Assembly (NCBI GenBank): GCA_902586485.1
Contig: CACIHO010000004.1
Span: 21,057-85,056 of the forward strand
Reading direction: 5' to 3'
Source of the DNA: an uncultured Pelagibacteraceae bacterium
GTDB lineage: Bacteria > Pseudomonadota > Alphaproteobacteria > Pelagibacterales > Pelagibacteraceae
DNA length: 64,000 nucleotides
Shown here: piece by piece, positions 29,534 to 40,323 of the stretch
How positions within the stretch are numbered: the first letter of the stretch is position 1
Layout of the letters: every line of letters starts with the position of its first letter
The notes under the pieces: model-generated
Databases searched by the model: none
What the model saw: the letters and a program-made list of their open reading frames with translations, nothing else
What the model was told of the DNA's origin: nothing
Program-made: the position numbers and the translations under genes

Positions 29534-29716
29534 TGTTTCTTCGTAACTTATAAAGTATTTATTTAAAACAATTCGATTTAAGCATAATAGCTATGCAATA
29601 ATTAAAAACGTGTTAATTGGCAGTAATAATTTAAAAATTAAGGTCAATATTTATGACCTATTTTATGCTTTATATACATAAATCAGGGTATATTTTGCCA
29701 AAACTTAAATAATATT

Positions 29717-31156
29717 ATGTCCGACAAAATGCTCAAATTTGTTAAAATAGGTCAACAAACTCCACCTAAAAGAGAAGTTGATATGAGAAAGAAAGATTTT
29801 AACGAAATTTATGACGAGTATATCAATGAAAAAGCCAAAGAACAGTCGAGTAGGTGTTCGCAATGTGGAGTACCTTTTTGCCAAGTTCATTGTCCTTTAA
29901 GTAATAACATTCCAGATTGGCTTAAACTTACAGCAGAGGGAAGATTAAAAGAGGCGTATGAATTATCCCAAAGCACAAACAATATGCCTGAAGTGTGTGG
30001 CCGAATTTGCCCCCAAGATAGATTATGCGAGGGAAATTGTGTAATTGAACAGTCTGGTCATGGAACAGTAACTATTGGATCAGTAGAAAAATATATTACA
30101 GATAATGCTTGGGCTCAGGGCTGGGTAAAACCAATTAAGGTAACGAATGAAAAAAATCAAAGCGTAGGAATTATAGGAGCAGGTCCTGCTGGTTTAGCTG
30201 CTGCAGAACAATTAAGAAAGAATGGGTATAAAATAACTGTCTACGATAGATATGATAGAGCAGGAGGATTATTAATTTATGGAATTCCAAATTTTAAATT
30301 AGAAAAAGAAGTTGTAGAGCGAAGAACAAAACTTTTAAAGGATGGAGGAATTGAATTTGTTCAAAATTTTGAAGTTGGTAAGGATGCAAGTCTAGACCAA
30401 TTGAGAAAAAAACACGATGCAATTTTAATTGCTACAGGAGTTTATAAAGCAAGAGAAGTAAACTTACCTGGAAATGATCTTGATAATATTTTTCCTGCAA
30501 TGGATTTTTTAACAGCATCTAATAAAAAAGGTCTAGGAGATGATGTTGAGTTGTTTGATAAAGGAATTTTAAACGCAGAAGGTAAAGATGTTGTTGTAAT
30601 CGGTGGAGGTGACACAGCAATGGATTGTGTGAGAACTTCTATAAGACAGAAGGCAAAATCTGTTAAATGTTTGTATAGAAGAGATAAAGAAAATATGCCA
30701 GGATCTGCAAGAGAAGTTGCAAATGCAGAGGAAGAAGGTGTTGAATTTGTTTGGTTATCAAGTCCTAAAGAATTTAAAGGTACAAATAAAGTAGAAAAAA
30801 TAATTGTAGATCAAATTAAACTAGGTGATCCAGACGAGACAGGAAGAAGAAAGCCACAAGTACAAGAAGGCTCAAGTTACGAAACAAAAGCAGATATGGT
30901 TATCAAAGCACTAGGTTTTGATCCTGAGGATTTACCGAATTTATTTGATAGTAGCGAATTACAAGTAACAAAGTGGGGAACTATTAAAACAGATTTTGAT
31001 ACTATGGAAACAAATATAAAAGGGGTGTTTGCAGCTGGTGACATAGTTAGAGGAGCTTCATTAGTTGTTTGGGCGATAAAAGATGGAAGAGATGCAGCAG
31101 CTTCAATTAAAACTTATCTAGAGAGTAAATCTAAAGTGGAAAAAAGAGTGGCTTAA
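29717..31156 (+). CDS. gltD: Glutamate synthase small subunit
   Basis: RC..CG.PFC...CP, GRICPQDRLCEG, GAGPAG and GGGDTAMDC motifs. Confidence 0.96.
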   Translation: MSDKMLKFVKIGQQTPPKREVDMRKKDFNEIYDEYINEKAKEQSSRCSQCGVPFCQVHCPLSNNIPDWLKLTAEGRLKEAYELSQSTNNMPEVCGRICPQDRLCEGNCVIEQSGHGTVTIGSVEKYITDNAWAQGWVKPIKVTNEKNQSVGIIGAGPAGLAAAEQLRKNGYKITVYDRYDRAGGLLIYGIPNFKLEKEVVERRTKLLKDGGIEFVQNFEVGKDASLDQLRKKHDAILIATGVYKAREVNLPGNDLDNIFPAMDFLTASNKKGLGDDVELFDKGILNAEGKDVVVIGGGDTAMDCVRTSIRQKAKSVKCLYRRDKENMPGSAREVANAEEEGVEFVWLSSPKEFKGTNKVEKIIVDQIKLGDPDETGRRKPQVQEGSSYETKADMVIKALGFDPEDLPNLFDSSELQVTKWGTIKTDFDTMETNIKGVFAAGDIVRGASLVVWAIKDGRDAAASIKTYLESKSKVEKRVA

Positions 31157-34100
31157 TGAAAAATTATAAAAAGAACCTTCACGTTTTAAAAGAAAATAAT
31201 GTTTATTCAGAAGATATGGAGCATGATGCTTGTGGTGTAGGTATAATTGCATCAACTGAAGGTAAAAAATCTCGTAAAGTTGTAGAGTATGGTATTGAAG
31301 CGCTAAAAGCAGTTTGGCATAGAGGCGCTGTAGATGCCGATGGGAAAACTGGTGACGGAGCTGGAATTCATGTTGAAATACCAAAAGATTTCTTCATTGA
31401 AAAGATAGAAGTGACAGGACACACACATGACAATTCTGAAATATGTGTGGGTATGATATTTCTGCCTCGGAATGATTATGCAGCGCAAGAAAGTTGCAAA
31501 ACTATTGTAGAAAGTGAATTAACAAAAAATGATTTTAGTATTTACGGTTGGAGACAAGTTCCAGTTAATCCAAAAGTTTTAGGAGAAAAGGCATTCCAAA
31601 CAATGCCTGAAATTATCCAAGTATTGTTTAAACCTTATAATCCAGAATTAACAAATAAAGATTTAGAAAGAAAAATTTATGAAACTAGAAGAAAGATAGA
31701 AAATGAGGCTTTTAAAAAATCTTTAAACAATTTTTATATTTGTTCTTTGAGTTCTAAATCTATCATTTACAAGGGAATGTTTTTAGCTGAAGCGATTTCA
31801 GACTTCTACCTTGATCTAAAAGATGAGAGATTTGTTTCAAGGTTTGCCATTTTTCATCAAAGATTTTCAACAAACACAGCGCCTAGCTGGAATTTAGCTC
31901 AACCGTTTAGAGCTATAGCGCATAATGGAGAAATTAATACTTATAGAGGAAATAAAAATTGGATGAAAGTTCATGAACAAGAGATGAACAGTCCTCTTTT
32001 TAATGATGTTGAAAACTTAAAACCTGTTATACAACAGGGAGCATCAGACTCTGCTGCATTAGACAATGTTTTTGAATTATTAAATATATCTGGTCAGCCT
32101 GCGCCTTTGGCGAAGCTTATGTTAGTTCCGGACGCTTGGTCTAAAAAAAATAAAACTCTACCAAAAGATCACCAGCAATTATTTAATTTTTTAAACAGTA
32201 CCATGGAGCCATGGGATGGACCAGCTGCTATTGCTGGAACTGATAATGAGTGGGTTATAGCTGCAAATGATAGAAATGGATTAAGACCTTTAAGATACGC
32301 AATTACAAAAGACAAATTATTATTTGCAGGTTCTGAAACAGGAATGATTGAATTAAATGAAAAAAGAATTTTGTCAAAAGGAAGATTGGGTCCCGGGGAA
32401 ATAATTGGAGTTAGAATAGAAAAAGGTAAAGTATTTACAAACAAGCAAATAAAAGATTATTTAGCCAAAGAGTATAAACACTTTAATTCACAAATTATCG
32501 ACCTAGATGATAAGTTAACTATTTCAGATGAAAAAAATTCTTTTTCGGGAGATGATTTAAGAAGAAGGCAATATACTTTTGGAATAAGTCTAGAAGATCT
32601 TGAGCTCATACTGCATCCTATGGCAGAAGATGCTAAAGAAGCAACTGGATCTATGGGGGACGATACACCATTGGCTGTTTTGTCAGATAGGTATAGACCG
32701 TTGTACCATTTTTTTAGACAAAATTTTAGTCAAGTCACAAACCCACCAATAGACTCTTTAAGAGAAAACAAGGTTATGAGTTTGAAAACAAGATTTGGAA
32801 ATCTTGGAAATATTTTAAATTTTGATAATTTAACAAAGCAAAATATTTATGTTTTAAATAGTCCAATACTATCAAATTCTCAGTTTGAAAAATTTATAAA
32901 TTTTTTTGGTAATAATTCATCTATAATTGATTGTACTTTTTCTGAGGAAGAAACTTTATTTGATTCAATTAAAAAAATTCAAAAAGAAGCTGAAATTGCA
33001 GTAAGACAGGGAGTTACTCAATTGATTTTAAGTGACAAAGAGCTTTCTAACTTAAAACTTCCAATACCAATGCTTTTAGCAGTTGGATCAATTAATTCAT
33101 TCCTTATTGAAAAAAAACTAAGAGGATATGTATCAATAAATGTTCAATCTGGAGAGGCTTTAGATACACATTCTTTTGCAACTTTAATAGGAGTTGGAGC
33201 AACTACTGTAAATCCATACTTAGCATTTGATAGTTTATTTCAGCGTCATGAAAAGAAATTATTTGGTCAATTTAGCTTTGATGAATGTGTGGAGAGATAC
33301 ATAAAATCAGTAAATGCAGGTTTATTAAAAATCATGTCTAAGATGGGTATTTCAGTTCTAAGTTCTTATAGAGGTGGATGTAACTTTGAAACCGTAGGTT
33401 TAAGTAGAACAATTGTTGCAGATTATTTTCCAGGAGTTGTCTCTAAAATTTCAGGTATTGGACTTACGGGTATAGAGAAAAAAATTAGAGAAATTCATAA
33501 AGAGGCATTTGAAAGTTCTGAAACCATATTGCCGATAGGCGGGATATATAGATACCGTAAAAATGGTGAAACTCATCAATATCAAGGAAAATTAATTCAT
33601 TTACTTCAAAGTGCAGTAGGATCTAATTCTTATGATGCCTATAAAAGATATGCGGATGGAATATACAGCTTACCACCTATTAATCTTAGAGACTTAATTG
33701 ATTTCAGAGAAAAAAAATTAAGTGGGCCAATAGATATTTCTGAGGTTGAGCCAATAGAAAATATTTTAAAAAGATTTGGAAGTGGGAGCATGTCTCATGG
33801 AGCTTTATCAAAAGAGGCGCATGAAACTTTGGCAACTGGTATGAATAGGATTAAAGGTGCTTCATGTAGTGGAGAGGGTGGTGAAGATGCAAGTAGATTT
33901 AAAGTTTTAGATAATGGTGACAGCGCAAACTCAAGAGTAAAACAAATAGCTTCTGCAAGATTCGGAGTTACAGTTAATTATCTAAATAATTGTAATGAGA
34001 TAGAAATTAAAATTGCACAAGGCGCTAAGCCTGGTGAGGGAGGTCAGCTACCAGGATTTAAAGTTACAGAGGAGATTGCTAAACTTAGACATTCAACTCC

Positions 34101-35661
34101 TGGAGTTACTTTAATATCACCACCACCACATCATGATATTTATTCAATCGAAGATCTTGCACAACTAATTTATGATTTAAAACAGATAAATCCTAAAGCA
34201 AGAATTGGAGTTAAGCTTGTTGCTTCCTCTGGAGTAGGAACAATTGCAGCTGGTGTAGCTAAAGCAAAAGCAGATATAATATTAATTTCTGGACATAATG
34301 GCGGAACAGGAGCAACACCACAGACTAGTGTTAAGTATGTTGGAATACCATGGGAAATGGGTTTGACGGAGGCAAACCAGGTATTAACTTTAAATAATCT
34401 TAGACATAAAGTTACATTAAGAACAGACGGTGGAATTAAAACCGGAAGAGATGTGGTGATAGCTGCAATGATGGGTGCTGAAGAATATGGTGTTGCTACT
34501 ACAGCTTTAGTTGCAATGGGATGTATAATGGTTAGGCAGTGTCATTCAAATACATGTCCTGTAGGCGTTTGCACTCAAGATGAAAAGCTCAGAGAAAAAT
34601 TTACTGGGACTCCAGAAAAAGTAGTTAATTTGTTTACATTTATAGCCAGTGAAGTAAGAGAAATATTAGCAAATTTAGGTTTTAAATCATTAAATGAAGT
34701 GATTGGTAGGACAGACTTGTTAAAACAGGTTAGTAAAGGTTCTCCAAATTTAGACGATTTAGATTTAAATCCTTTATTTGTTCAAGCTGATACTGGAAAT
34801 AATCCAAGGTATTGTGAGGATCAAGAAATAAATAGTGTACCAGACACACTTGACCAACAAATTTGGCCAGAAATTGAACAAGCTTTGGATAATTCTGAAA
34901 AAATTGAGAAAGAATATCAAATAAAAAATACTCATAGGGCAGTAGGCACTAGAATTTCTCATCATTTGTATAAAAAATATGGTTATGAAAAACTTGATGA
35001 AAACTTTTTAGTTTTAAATTTTAAAGGATCAGCAGGTCAATCATTTGGTGCATTTTCCTCTAAAGGTTTAAAACTTGTATTAAAAGGAGATGCAAATGAT
35101 TATGTTGGTAAAGGTTTGTCAGGAGCTACTATTTCAATAAAATTACCTGAAGAGAGTAATTTAGTTTCAAATGAGAATACAATTTTAGGAAATACTGTTC
35201 TTTACGGAGCGACTTCAGGAAAACTTTTTGCTGCTGGCCAAGCTGGTGAAAGATTTTCAGTAAGAAATTCTGGTGCAGTCACAGTAATTGAAGGATGCGA
35301 TTCTAATGGATGTGAATATATGACTGGTGGAACTGTAGTAATTTTAGGAGATGTTGGTGATAATTTTGCAGCTGGTATGACAGGTGGAATGGCCTTTATA
35401 TATGACAAATCTCAACAATTTGAAAAAAAAGTAAATCAAGAGTCAGTAGTTTGGCAAAACGTAGAGACAGATTATTGGAAAGAATATCTTAAAAATTTAG
35501 TTAGTGAGCATTTTAAAGAAACTGAGTCTCAATTATCAAAAAAAATAATTGAAAACTTTGATGATGAAGTAAATAATTTTGTTCAGGTTTGTCCTAAAGA
35601 AATGTTGGATAAATTAAAAAATCCAATTACTTTAAAAAGAGATATAAAAAAAGTTAGCTAA
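31156..35661 (+). CDS. gltB: Glutamate synthase large subunit
   Basis: DACGVG, HQRFSTNT, AQGAKPGEGG, CHSNTCPVG and GXGXG C-terminal domain. Confidence 0.97.
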   Translation: MKNYKKNLHVLKENNVYSEDMEHDACGVGIIASTEGKKSRKVVEYGIEALKAVWHRGAVDADGKTGDGAGIHVEIPKDFFIEKIEVTGHTHDNSEICVGMIFLPRNDYAAQESCKTIVESELTKNDFSIYGWRQVPVNPKVLGEKAFQTMPEIIQVLFKPYNPELTNKDLERKIYETRRKIENEAFKKSLNNFYICSLSSKSIIYKGMFLAEAISDFYLDLKDERFVSRFAIFHQRFSTNTAPSWNLAQPFRAIAHNGEINTYRGNKNWMKVHEQEMNSPLFNDVENLKPVIQQGASDSAALDNVFELLNISGQPAPLAKLMLVPDAWSKKNKTLPKDHQQLFNFLNSTMEPWDGPAAIAGTDNEWVIAANDRNGLRPLRYAITKDKLLFAGSETGMIELNEKRILSKGRLGPGEIIGVRIEKGKVFTNKQIKDYLAKEYKHFNSQIIDLDDKLTISDEKNSFSGDDLRRRQYTFGISLEDLELILHPMAEDAKEATGSMGDDTPLAVLSDRYRPLYHFFRQNFSQVTNPPIDSLRENKVMSLKTRFGNLGNILNFDNLTKQNIYVLNSPILSNSQFEKFINFFGNNSSIIDCTFSEEETLFDSIKKIQKEAEIAVRQGVTQLILSDKELSNLKLPIPMLLAVGSINSFLIEKKLRGYVSINVQSGEALDTHSFATLIGVGATTVNPYLAFDSLFQRHEKKLFGQFSFDECVERYIKSVNAGLLKIMSKMGISVLSSYRGGCNFETVGLSRTIVADYFPGVVSKISGIGLTGIEKKIREIHKEAFESSETILPIGGIYRYRKNGETHQYQGKLIHLLQSAVGSNSYDAYKRYADGIYSLPPINLRDLIDFREKKLSGPIDISEVEPIENILKRFGSGSMSHGALSKEAHETLATGMNRIKGASCSGEGGEDASRFKVLDNGDSANSRVKQIASARFGVTVNYLNNCNEIEIKIAQGAKPGEGGQLPGFKVTEEIAKLRHSTPGVTLISPPPHHDIYSIEDLAQLIYDLKQINPKARIGVKLVASSGVGTIAAGVAKAKADIILISGHNGGTGATPQTSVKYVGIPWEMGLTEANQVLTLNNLRHKVTLRTDGGIKTGRDVVIAAMMGAEEYGVATTALVAMGCIMVRQCHSNTCPVGVCTQDEKLREKFTGTPEKVVNLFTFIASEVREILANLGFKSLNEVIGRTDLLKQVSKGSPNLDDLDLNPLFVQADTGNNPRYCEDQEINSVPDTLDQQIWPEIEQALDNSEKIEKEYQIKNTHRAVGTRISHHLYKKYGYEKLDENFLVLNFKGSAGQSFGAFSSKGLKLVLKGDANDYVGKGLSGATISIKLPEESNLVSNENTILGNTVLYGATSGKLFAAGQAGERFSVRNSGAVTVIEGCDSNGCEYMTGGTVVILGDVGDNFAAGMTGGMAFIYDKSQQFEKKVNQESVVWQNVETDYWKEYLKNLVSEHFKETESQLSKKIIENFDDEVNNFVQVCPKEMLDKLKNPITLKRDIKKVS

Positions 35662-36401
35662 ATTAATAATTTAAGCTCTTTTAATATTATATTTAACCAT
35701 TTTTTATTTGATAAACTGTGATCACCTTTTTTTATAATATTTAATTTTTTCTTAGCTTTTGGAAATAATCTTAAAACTTTTCTTGAATACGAGACAGGAA
35801 CTGCCTCATCTTTTTCACCATGAACCATTGTTACTTTAATATTTGAATTAATTTTTTTATTTAAGACTTTGTTTTTTCTTCCATCTTTTATTAATTGTAG
35901 AGTAATTGGATATTCATAATTGCCATGTTTTAATTGATAAATACCCTTACTTATTGTTTCCTCTTTCATTTTTCTAGTAAATTTTTTCCACATTAAATTT
36001 TCTAAAAATTCAGGAGCAGCCCCTATTCCTAAAAATCCTTTAATTTGTTTTTTGAAAATTTTGAATTGATTTAGCGAAATCCATGCGCCCATACTTGAAC
36101 CAATTAGCACAAATTCTTTTTTTTTAACGTATTTTCTAATTAAAATTGACGTCTCTTTACTCCATTTTGAGATATTTCCATTTACAAATTTTCCAGAAGA
36201 TTTCCCATGACCAGAGTATTCTAGTGCTAAAAAACTTATTTTATTTTTTTTTGCAAATTTTAAAAATGCATTTGGTTTTTTACCTTCAAGGTCTGACATG
36301 AAACCATGTAAAAAAACTACAAATCGACTATCTCTATAAACTTTTAGAATATATCTAATTTTCTTTGAATTTGATATCTTGTAATATTTGAATTTTGCCA
36401 T
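35658..36401 (-). CDS. Alpha/beta hydrolase (ABHD10-like)
   Basis: HGFMSD, YSGHG.S, GSSMG, HG.KD and GDH motifs. Confidence 0.85.
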   Translation of the reverse strand: MAKFKYYKISNSKKIRYILKVYRDSRFVVFLHGFMSDLEGKKPNAFLKFAKKNKISFLALEYSGHGKSSGKFVNGNISKWSKETSILIRKYVKKKEFVLIGSSMGAWISLNQFKIFKKQIKGFLGIGAAPEFLENLMWKKFTRKMKEETISKGIYQLKHGNYEYPITLQLIKDGRKNKVLNKKINSNIKVTMVHGEKDEAVPVSYSRKVLRLFPKAKKKLNIIKKGDHSLSNKKWLNIILKELKLLI

Positions 36402-36443
36402 AATCGTTTATTAGTTTTAACTATTAATATATAATCATATCAA

Positions 36444-37598
36444 ATGACATCTGATTTAAAAGTTTTGCAGGTAATTCCAAAATTAGGATATGGGGGTGCT
36501 GAAACAGGCTGTTATGATATCGCACATTATTTGCCAGAAAATAATTGTAAATCATTTATTGTGACAAGTGGGGGCGAATTACTTAAATTTGTTGATAAAA
36601 AAAAAGTAAAAGTATTTAGATTACCAGTACATAGCAAAAATCCATTATTAATTTTGTTAAACAGTTTAATTTTAATTGCTATAATTTTGGTTAATAATAT
36701 CTCAATAGTTCACGCAAGAAGTAGAGCTCCAGCTTGGTCATGTTTATTTGCAACAAAATTGACTGGTAGAAAATTTGTTACAACATTTCATGGTACATAT
36801 AATTTTAAAAATAATTTTAAAAAATTTTACAATTCAATTATGATAAGATCTGATCTTATCATTGCAGGATCAAATTTTATATTTTCACATATCAAACAAA
36901 ATTATTCAAAATACTTAAATGATAAAAAAAAATTAATGGTTATTTTCAGAGGAATTAATGTTGATTATTTTGATCCTACTACAAAATTTGAGTCTGATGA
37001 AAAAAAATTATTAATAAAATGGAATATTGAAAAAGATAAAAAAATTATACTTTTACCTGGGAGATTGACAACTTGGAAAGGACAGGAAGTTTTTATTGAA
37101 GCAATTAATTTAGTGAATATAGAACTGGGTTATGAAGCGTTTTATGCTGTCATTCTTGGCAGTGATCAAGGTAGAGATTTATATAAAAAAAAATTAATAA
37201 GACTTTCAGAACAATATAGGTTAGTGAACCAAATAAGATTCATAGATCACTGTAAGGATATGGCTTTAGCTTATAAGGTGTCAGATATTGTAGTTTCTGC
37301 ATCAACTGAGCCAGAGGCTTTTGGAAGAGTTGCAGTTGAAGCACAATCAATGCAGAAACCCGTTATTGCAAGTAATATTGGGGGCTCTAATGAAACAATT
37401 ATTGATGAAAAGACAGGTTTTTTATTTGAATCAGAAAATGCTAAATCCTTAAGCCAAAAAATTTTAAAACTTCTTTATTTAGATGAAACATTACTAAAAT
37501 CAATTGGTACCGAGGGAAGAAAGAATATAGTTAAAAAATTTAATGTTGAAAAAATGTGCTTTTCTACTTATTCAGAGTATAAGAGATTATTAAATTAA
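36444..37598 (+). CDS. Glycosyltransferase family 4
   Basis: GGAE, HARSRAPAW, PGRLT.WKGQ and EAFGRVAVEA motifs. Confidence 0.9.
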   Translation: MTSDLKVLQVIPKLGYGGAETGCYDIAHYLPENNCKSFIVTSGGELLKFVDKKKVKVFRLPVHSKNPLLILLNSLILIAIILVNNISIVHARSRAPAWSCLFATKLTGRKFVTTFHGTYNFKNNFKKFYNSIMIRSDLIIAGSNFIFSHIKQNYSKYLNDKKKLMVIFRGINVDYFDPTTKFESDEKKLLIKWNIEKDKKIILLPGRLTTWKGQEVFIEAINLVNIELGYEAFYAVILGSDQGRDLYKKKLIRLSEQYRLVNQIRFIDHCKDMALAYKVSDIVVSASTEPEAFGRVAVEAQSMQKPVIASNIGGSNETIIDEKTGFLFESENAKSLSQKILKLLYLDETLLKSIGTEGRKNIVKKFNVEKMCFSTYSEYKRLLN

Positions 37599-39515
37599 AT
37601 GCCTATAATAACATTACCTGATGGAAACAATATTGATTTCCCTAACAAAGTTACTGGAACGGAAGTCGCTGAAAAAATTAGTAAGTCATTAGCTAAACAA
37701 GCCATGGTTATGAGTGTTAATGGTGAACTTAAAGATCTTAATCATTTAATTGAAAACAATTGTTCTGTAAAAATTTTTACTTCAAAAAATCCAGAAGGTC
37801 TGGAAACTATAAGACACGACACAGCTCATATTTTAGCTATGGCTGTTCAGGAATTATTTCCTGGTACACAAGTTACAATTGGACCCGTGATTGAAAATGG
37901 ATTTTATTACGACTTTGCTAGAAAAGAACCATTTACAGAGGATGATCTCGTAAAAATTGAAAATAAAATGAAAGAGATTGTTGATAGGAATGAAATAACA
38001 AAAAGAGAAGTTTGGGATAGAAATAAAGCAATTAACCATTTTAAAAAAAAAGGAGAAATTTATAAAGCTGAACTAATTGAAGCGATACCTGAAAATGAAG
38101 ATGTATCAATTTACTTTCATGGAGAATGGCATGATTTGTGTAGAGGTCCACATCTTTCCTCTACAGGTAAAATAGGAAAATATTTTAAACTTACAAAAGT
38201 GTCAGGAGCATATTGGAGAGGAGACTCTAATAATGAAATGTTGCAACGAATATATGGTACGAGTTGGGCAACTCAAAAAGATCTAGATGAATATTTGAAA
38301 AGAATAGAAGAAGCCGAAAAAAGAGATCACAGAAAATTAGGTAGAGAAATGGATTTATTTCATTTTAGAGAAGAAAGCCCTGGCTCAGTTTTTTGGCATG
38401 AAAGGGGATGGGGTTTATTTCAAAAGCTCATTAACTATATGAGAAGCAGACAAGATGCAGCTGGTTATAAAGAGGTCAATACTCCAGAGGTACTAGATAG
38501 ACAACTATGGGAAAAATCTGGGCATTGGGAAAAATATGGAGAAAACATGTATACTTCTGAAACACCAGATGAGAAAGTTTTTGCAATTAAACCAATGAAT
38601 TGCCCTGGTCATATCCAAGTATTTAATCAAGGCTTAAAAAGTTACAGAGATCTTCCGTTACGTTTTGCTGAATTTGGGAAAGTTCATCGTTATGAGCCAT
38701 CAGGCGCTTTACATGGGTTATTAAGAGTAAGAGCCTTTACTCAAGATGATGCTCATATTTTTTGTACTGAAGATCAAATTACCAGCGAATGTTTAATTGT
38801 TACAAATCTAATACTAGATATTTATAAGGACCTTGGTTTTGAAAATGTGATTCTAAAATATGCAGATAGGCCAGAAGTAAGAGTTGGTGATGATTCAGTT
38901 TGGGATAAAGCAGAAGCCTCTTTGCTTGAAGCCGTTAAAGCTTCTAAATTAGAATATACTATTAATAAAGGTGAGGGAGCATTTTATGGTCCTAAAATTG
39001 AATTTGTTTTACGAGATGCTATTGGCAGAGATTGGCAATGTGGAACTTTACAAGTAGATTTAAATTTACCTGAAAGATTAGACGCTTCTTATGTTGATAA
39101 AGATGGTACTAAAAAAGTTCCTGTTATGTTGCACCGAGCATTATTTGGTTCTCTAGAGAGATTTATCGGAATTTTAATTGAAAACTATGCAGGCAAGTTT
39201 CCATTTTGGATATCTCCTTTACAGACTATGGTAATACCTATTTCAGAAGAATTTAATGACTATGCAGTCGAAGTATCAAATAAAATTAAAAATTCGGGCA
39301 TAAGTTCTGCAGTAGATTTAAAAAATCATAATTTAAATTATAAAATTAGAGATCATTCTTTAGCAAAAATACCGCTTTTATTAATTTGTGGTAAAAAAGA
39401 AGTTGACTCCAATTCAGTAACGATTAGAAGATTAGACTCTAATAAACAAGAAAATATGGGTATAGATCAATTCTTAAAAACTTTCTCTGCTTTAAATAAA
39501 GCATCATCAAACTAA
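37599..39515 (+). CDS. thrS: Threonine-tRNA ligase
   Basis: TGS domain, DLCRGPH, RDHRKLG, KPMNCP and GAFYGPK motifs. Confidence 0.98.
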   Translation: MPIITLPDGNNIDFPNKVTGTEVAEKISKSLAKQAMVMSVNGELKDLNHLIENNCSVKIFTSKNPEGLETIRHDTAHILAMAVQELFPGTQVTIGPVIENGFYYDFARKEPFTEDDLVKIENKMKEIVDRNEITKREVWDRNKAINHFKKKGEIYKAELIEAIPENEDVSIYFHGEWHDLCRGPHLSSTGKIGKYFKLTKVSGAYWRGDSNNEMLQRIYGTSWATQKDLDEYLKRIEEAEKRDHRKLGREMDLFHFREESPGSVFWHERGWGLFQKLINYMRSRQDAAGYKEVNTPEVLDRQLWEKSGHWEKYGENMYTSETPDEKVFAIKPMNCPGHIQVFNQGLKSYRDLPLRFAEFGKVHRYEPSGALHGLLRVRAFTQDDAHIFCTEDQITSECLIVTNLILDIYKDLGFENVILKYADRPEVRVGDDSVWDKAEASLLEAVKASKLEYTINKGEGAFYGPKIEFVLRDAIGRDWQCGTLQVDLNLPERLDASYVDKDGTKKVPVMLHRALFGSLERFIGILIENYAGKFPFWISPLQTMVIPISEEFNDYAVEVSNKIKNSGISSAVDLKNHNLNYKIRDHSLAKIPLLLICGKKEVDSNSVTIRRLDSNKQENMGIDQFLKTFSALNKASSN

Positions 39516-40061
39516 GTGGCAGACTTTAAACAAAATTATTTTCAAAGAAGAACTAAGGACAGAGGTCCAAGATCTAATAATAGAATTTCTTCTCCAGATG
39601 TACAAGTAATAGCAAGTGATGGAGAAAATCTTGGAGTAATGAATACTAATGAAGCTATTTCCATGGCAAAAAATCAAGGTTTAGATTTAATTGAAATAGC
39701 ACCTAATGCAAATCCTCCTGTATGTAAAATAATGGATATGGGTAAATATAAGTATGATGCTCAGAAAAAAGCAAATCTTGCAAAGAAAAAACAAAAAATT
39801 GTTTCTTTAAAAGAAATTAAAATGAGACCTGTTACAGAAACTCATGATTATGAGTTTAAAGTCAAAAATGCTAAAAAATTTATAGCTAAAGGAGATAAAG
39901 TTAAATTCACTATTAGATTTAAAGGTAGAGAACTTCAGCATTCCCATCTAGGAAATGAACTAATGGGTAAAATTAAAGAAGATATGAAGGATATCGGTAA
40001 GGTAGAATTGCATCCTAAGTTTGATGGGAAGCAAATGATCATGGTAATTCAGCCTTTATAA
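39516..40061 (+). CDS. infC: Translation initiation factor IF-3
   Basis: GLDLIEI...PPVCKIMD.GKYKY, KEIKMRP and FKGRE motifs; GTG start abutting thrS stop. Confidence 0.95.
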   Translation: MADFKQNYFQRRTKDRGPRSNNRISSPDVQVIASDGENLGVMNTNEAISMAKNQGLDLIEIAPNANPPVCKIMDMGKYKYDAQKKANLAKKKQKIVSLKEIKMRPVTETHDYEFKVKNAKKFIAKGDKVKFTIRFKGRELQHSHLGNELMGKIKEDMKDIGKVELHPKFDGKQMIMVIQPL

Positions 40062-40074
40062 GCTTTAATAGAGG

Positions 40075-40103
40075 TTGTAAAAGTATATCTTTCTTTGTAT
40101 AAG
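40075..40103 (+). promoter_or_regulatory. Putative internal promoter for rpmI-rplT
   Basis: TTGTAA-N17-TATAAG, ending 11 nt before the rpmI ATG. Confidence 0.5.
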
Positions 40104-40114
40104 TCCGCAGAATT

Positions 40115-40321
40115 ATGCCAAAACTTAAAACTAAAAGCTCAGCAAAAAAAAGATTTAAAATATCTGCTAAGGGTAAAGTTATTTCTGCTCAGGCAGGTAA
40201 AAGACATGGTATGATTAAAAGAACGAATTCACAAATAAGAAAACTAAGAGGCACTACAACATTGTCTAAACAAGATGGAAAAATTGTTAAGTCATACATG
40301 CCTTACAGTTTAAGAGGTTAA
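40115..40321 (+). CDS. rpmI: 50S ribosomal protein L35
   Basis: [15 protein letters not shown]. Confidence 0.97.
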   Translation: MPKLKTKSSAKKRFKISAKGKVISAQAGKRHGMIKRTNSQIRKLRGTTTLSKQDGKIVKSYMPYSLRG

Positions 40322-40323
40322 TT

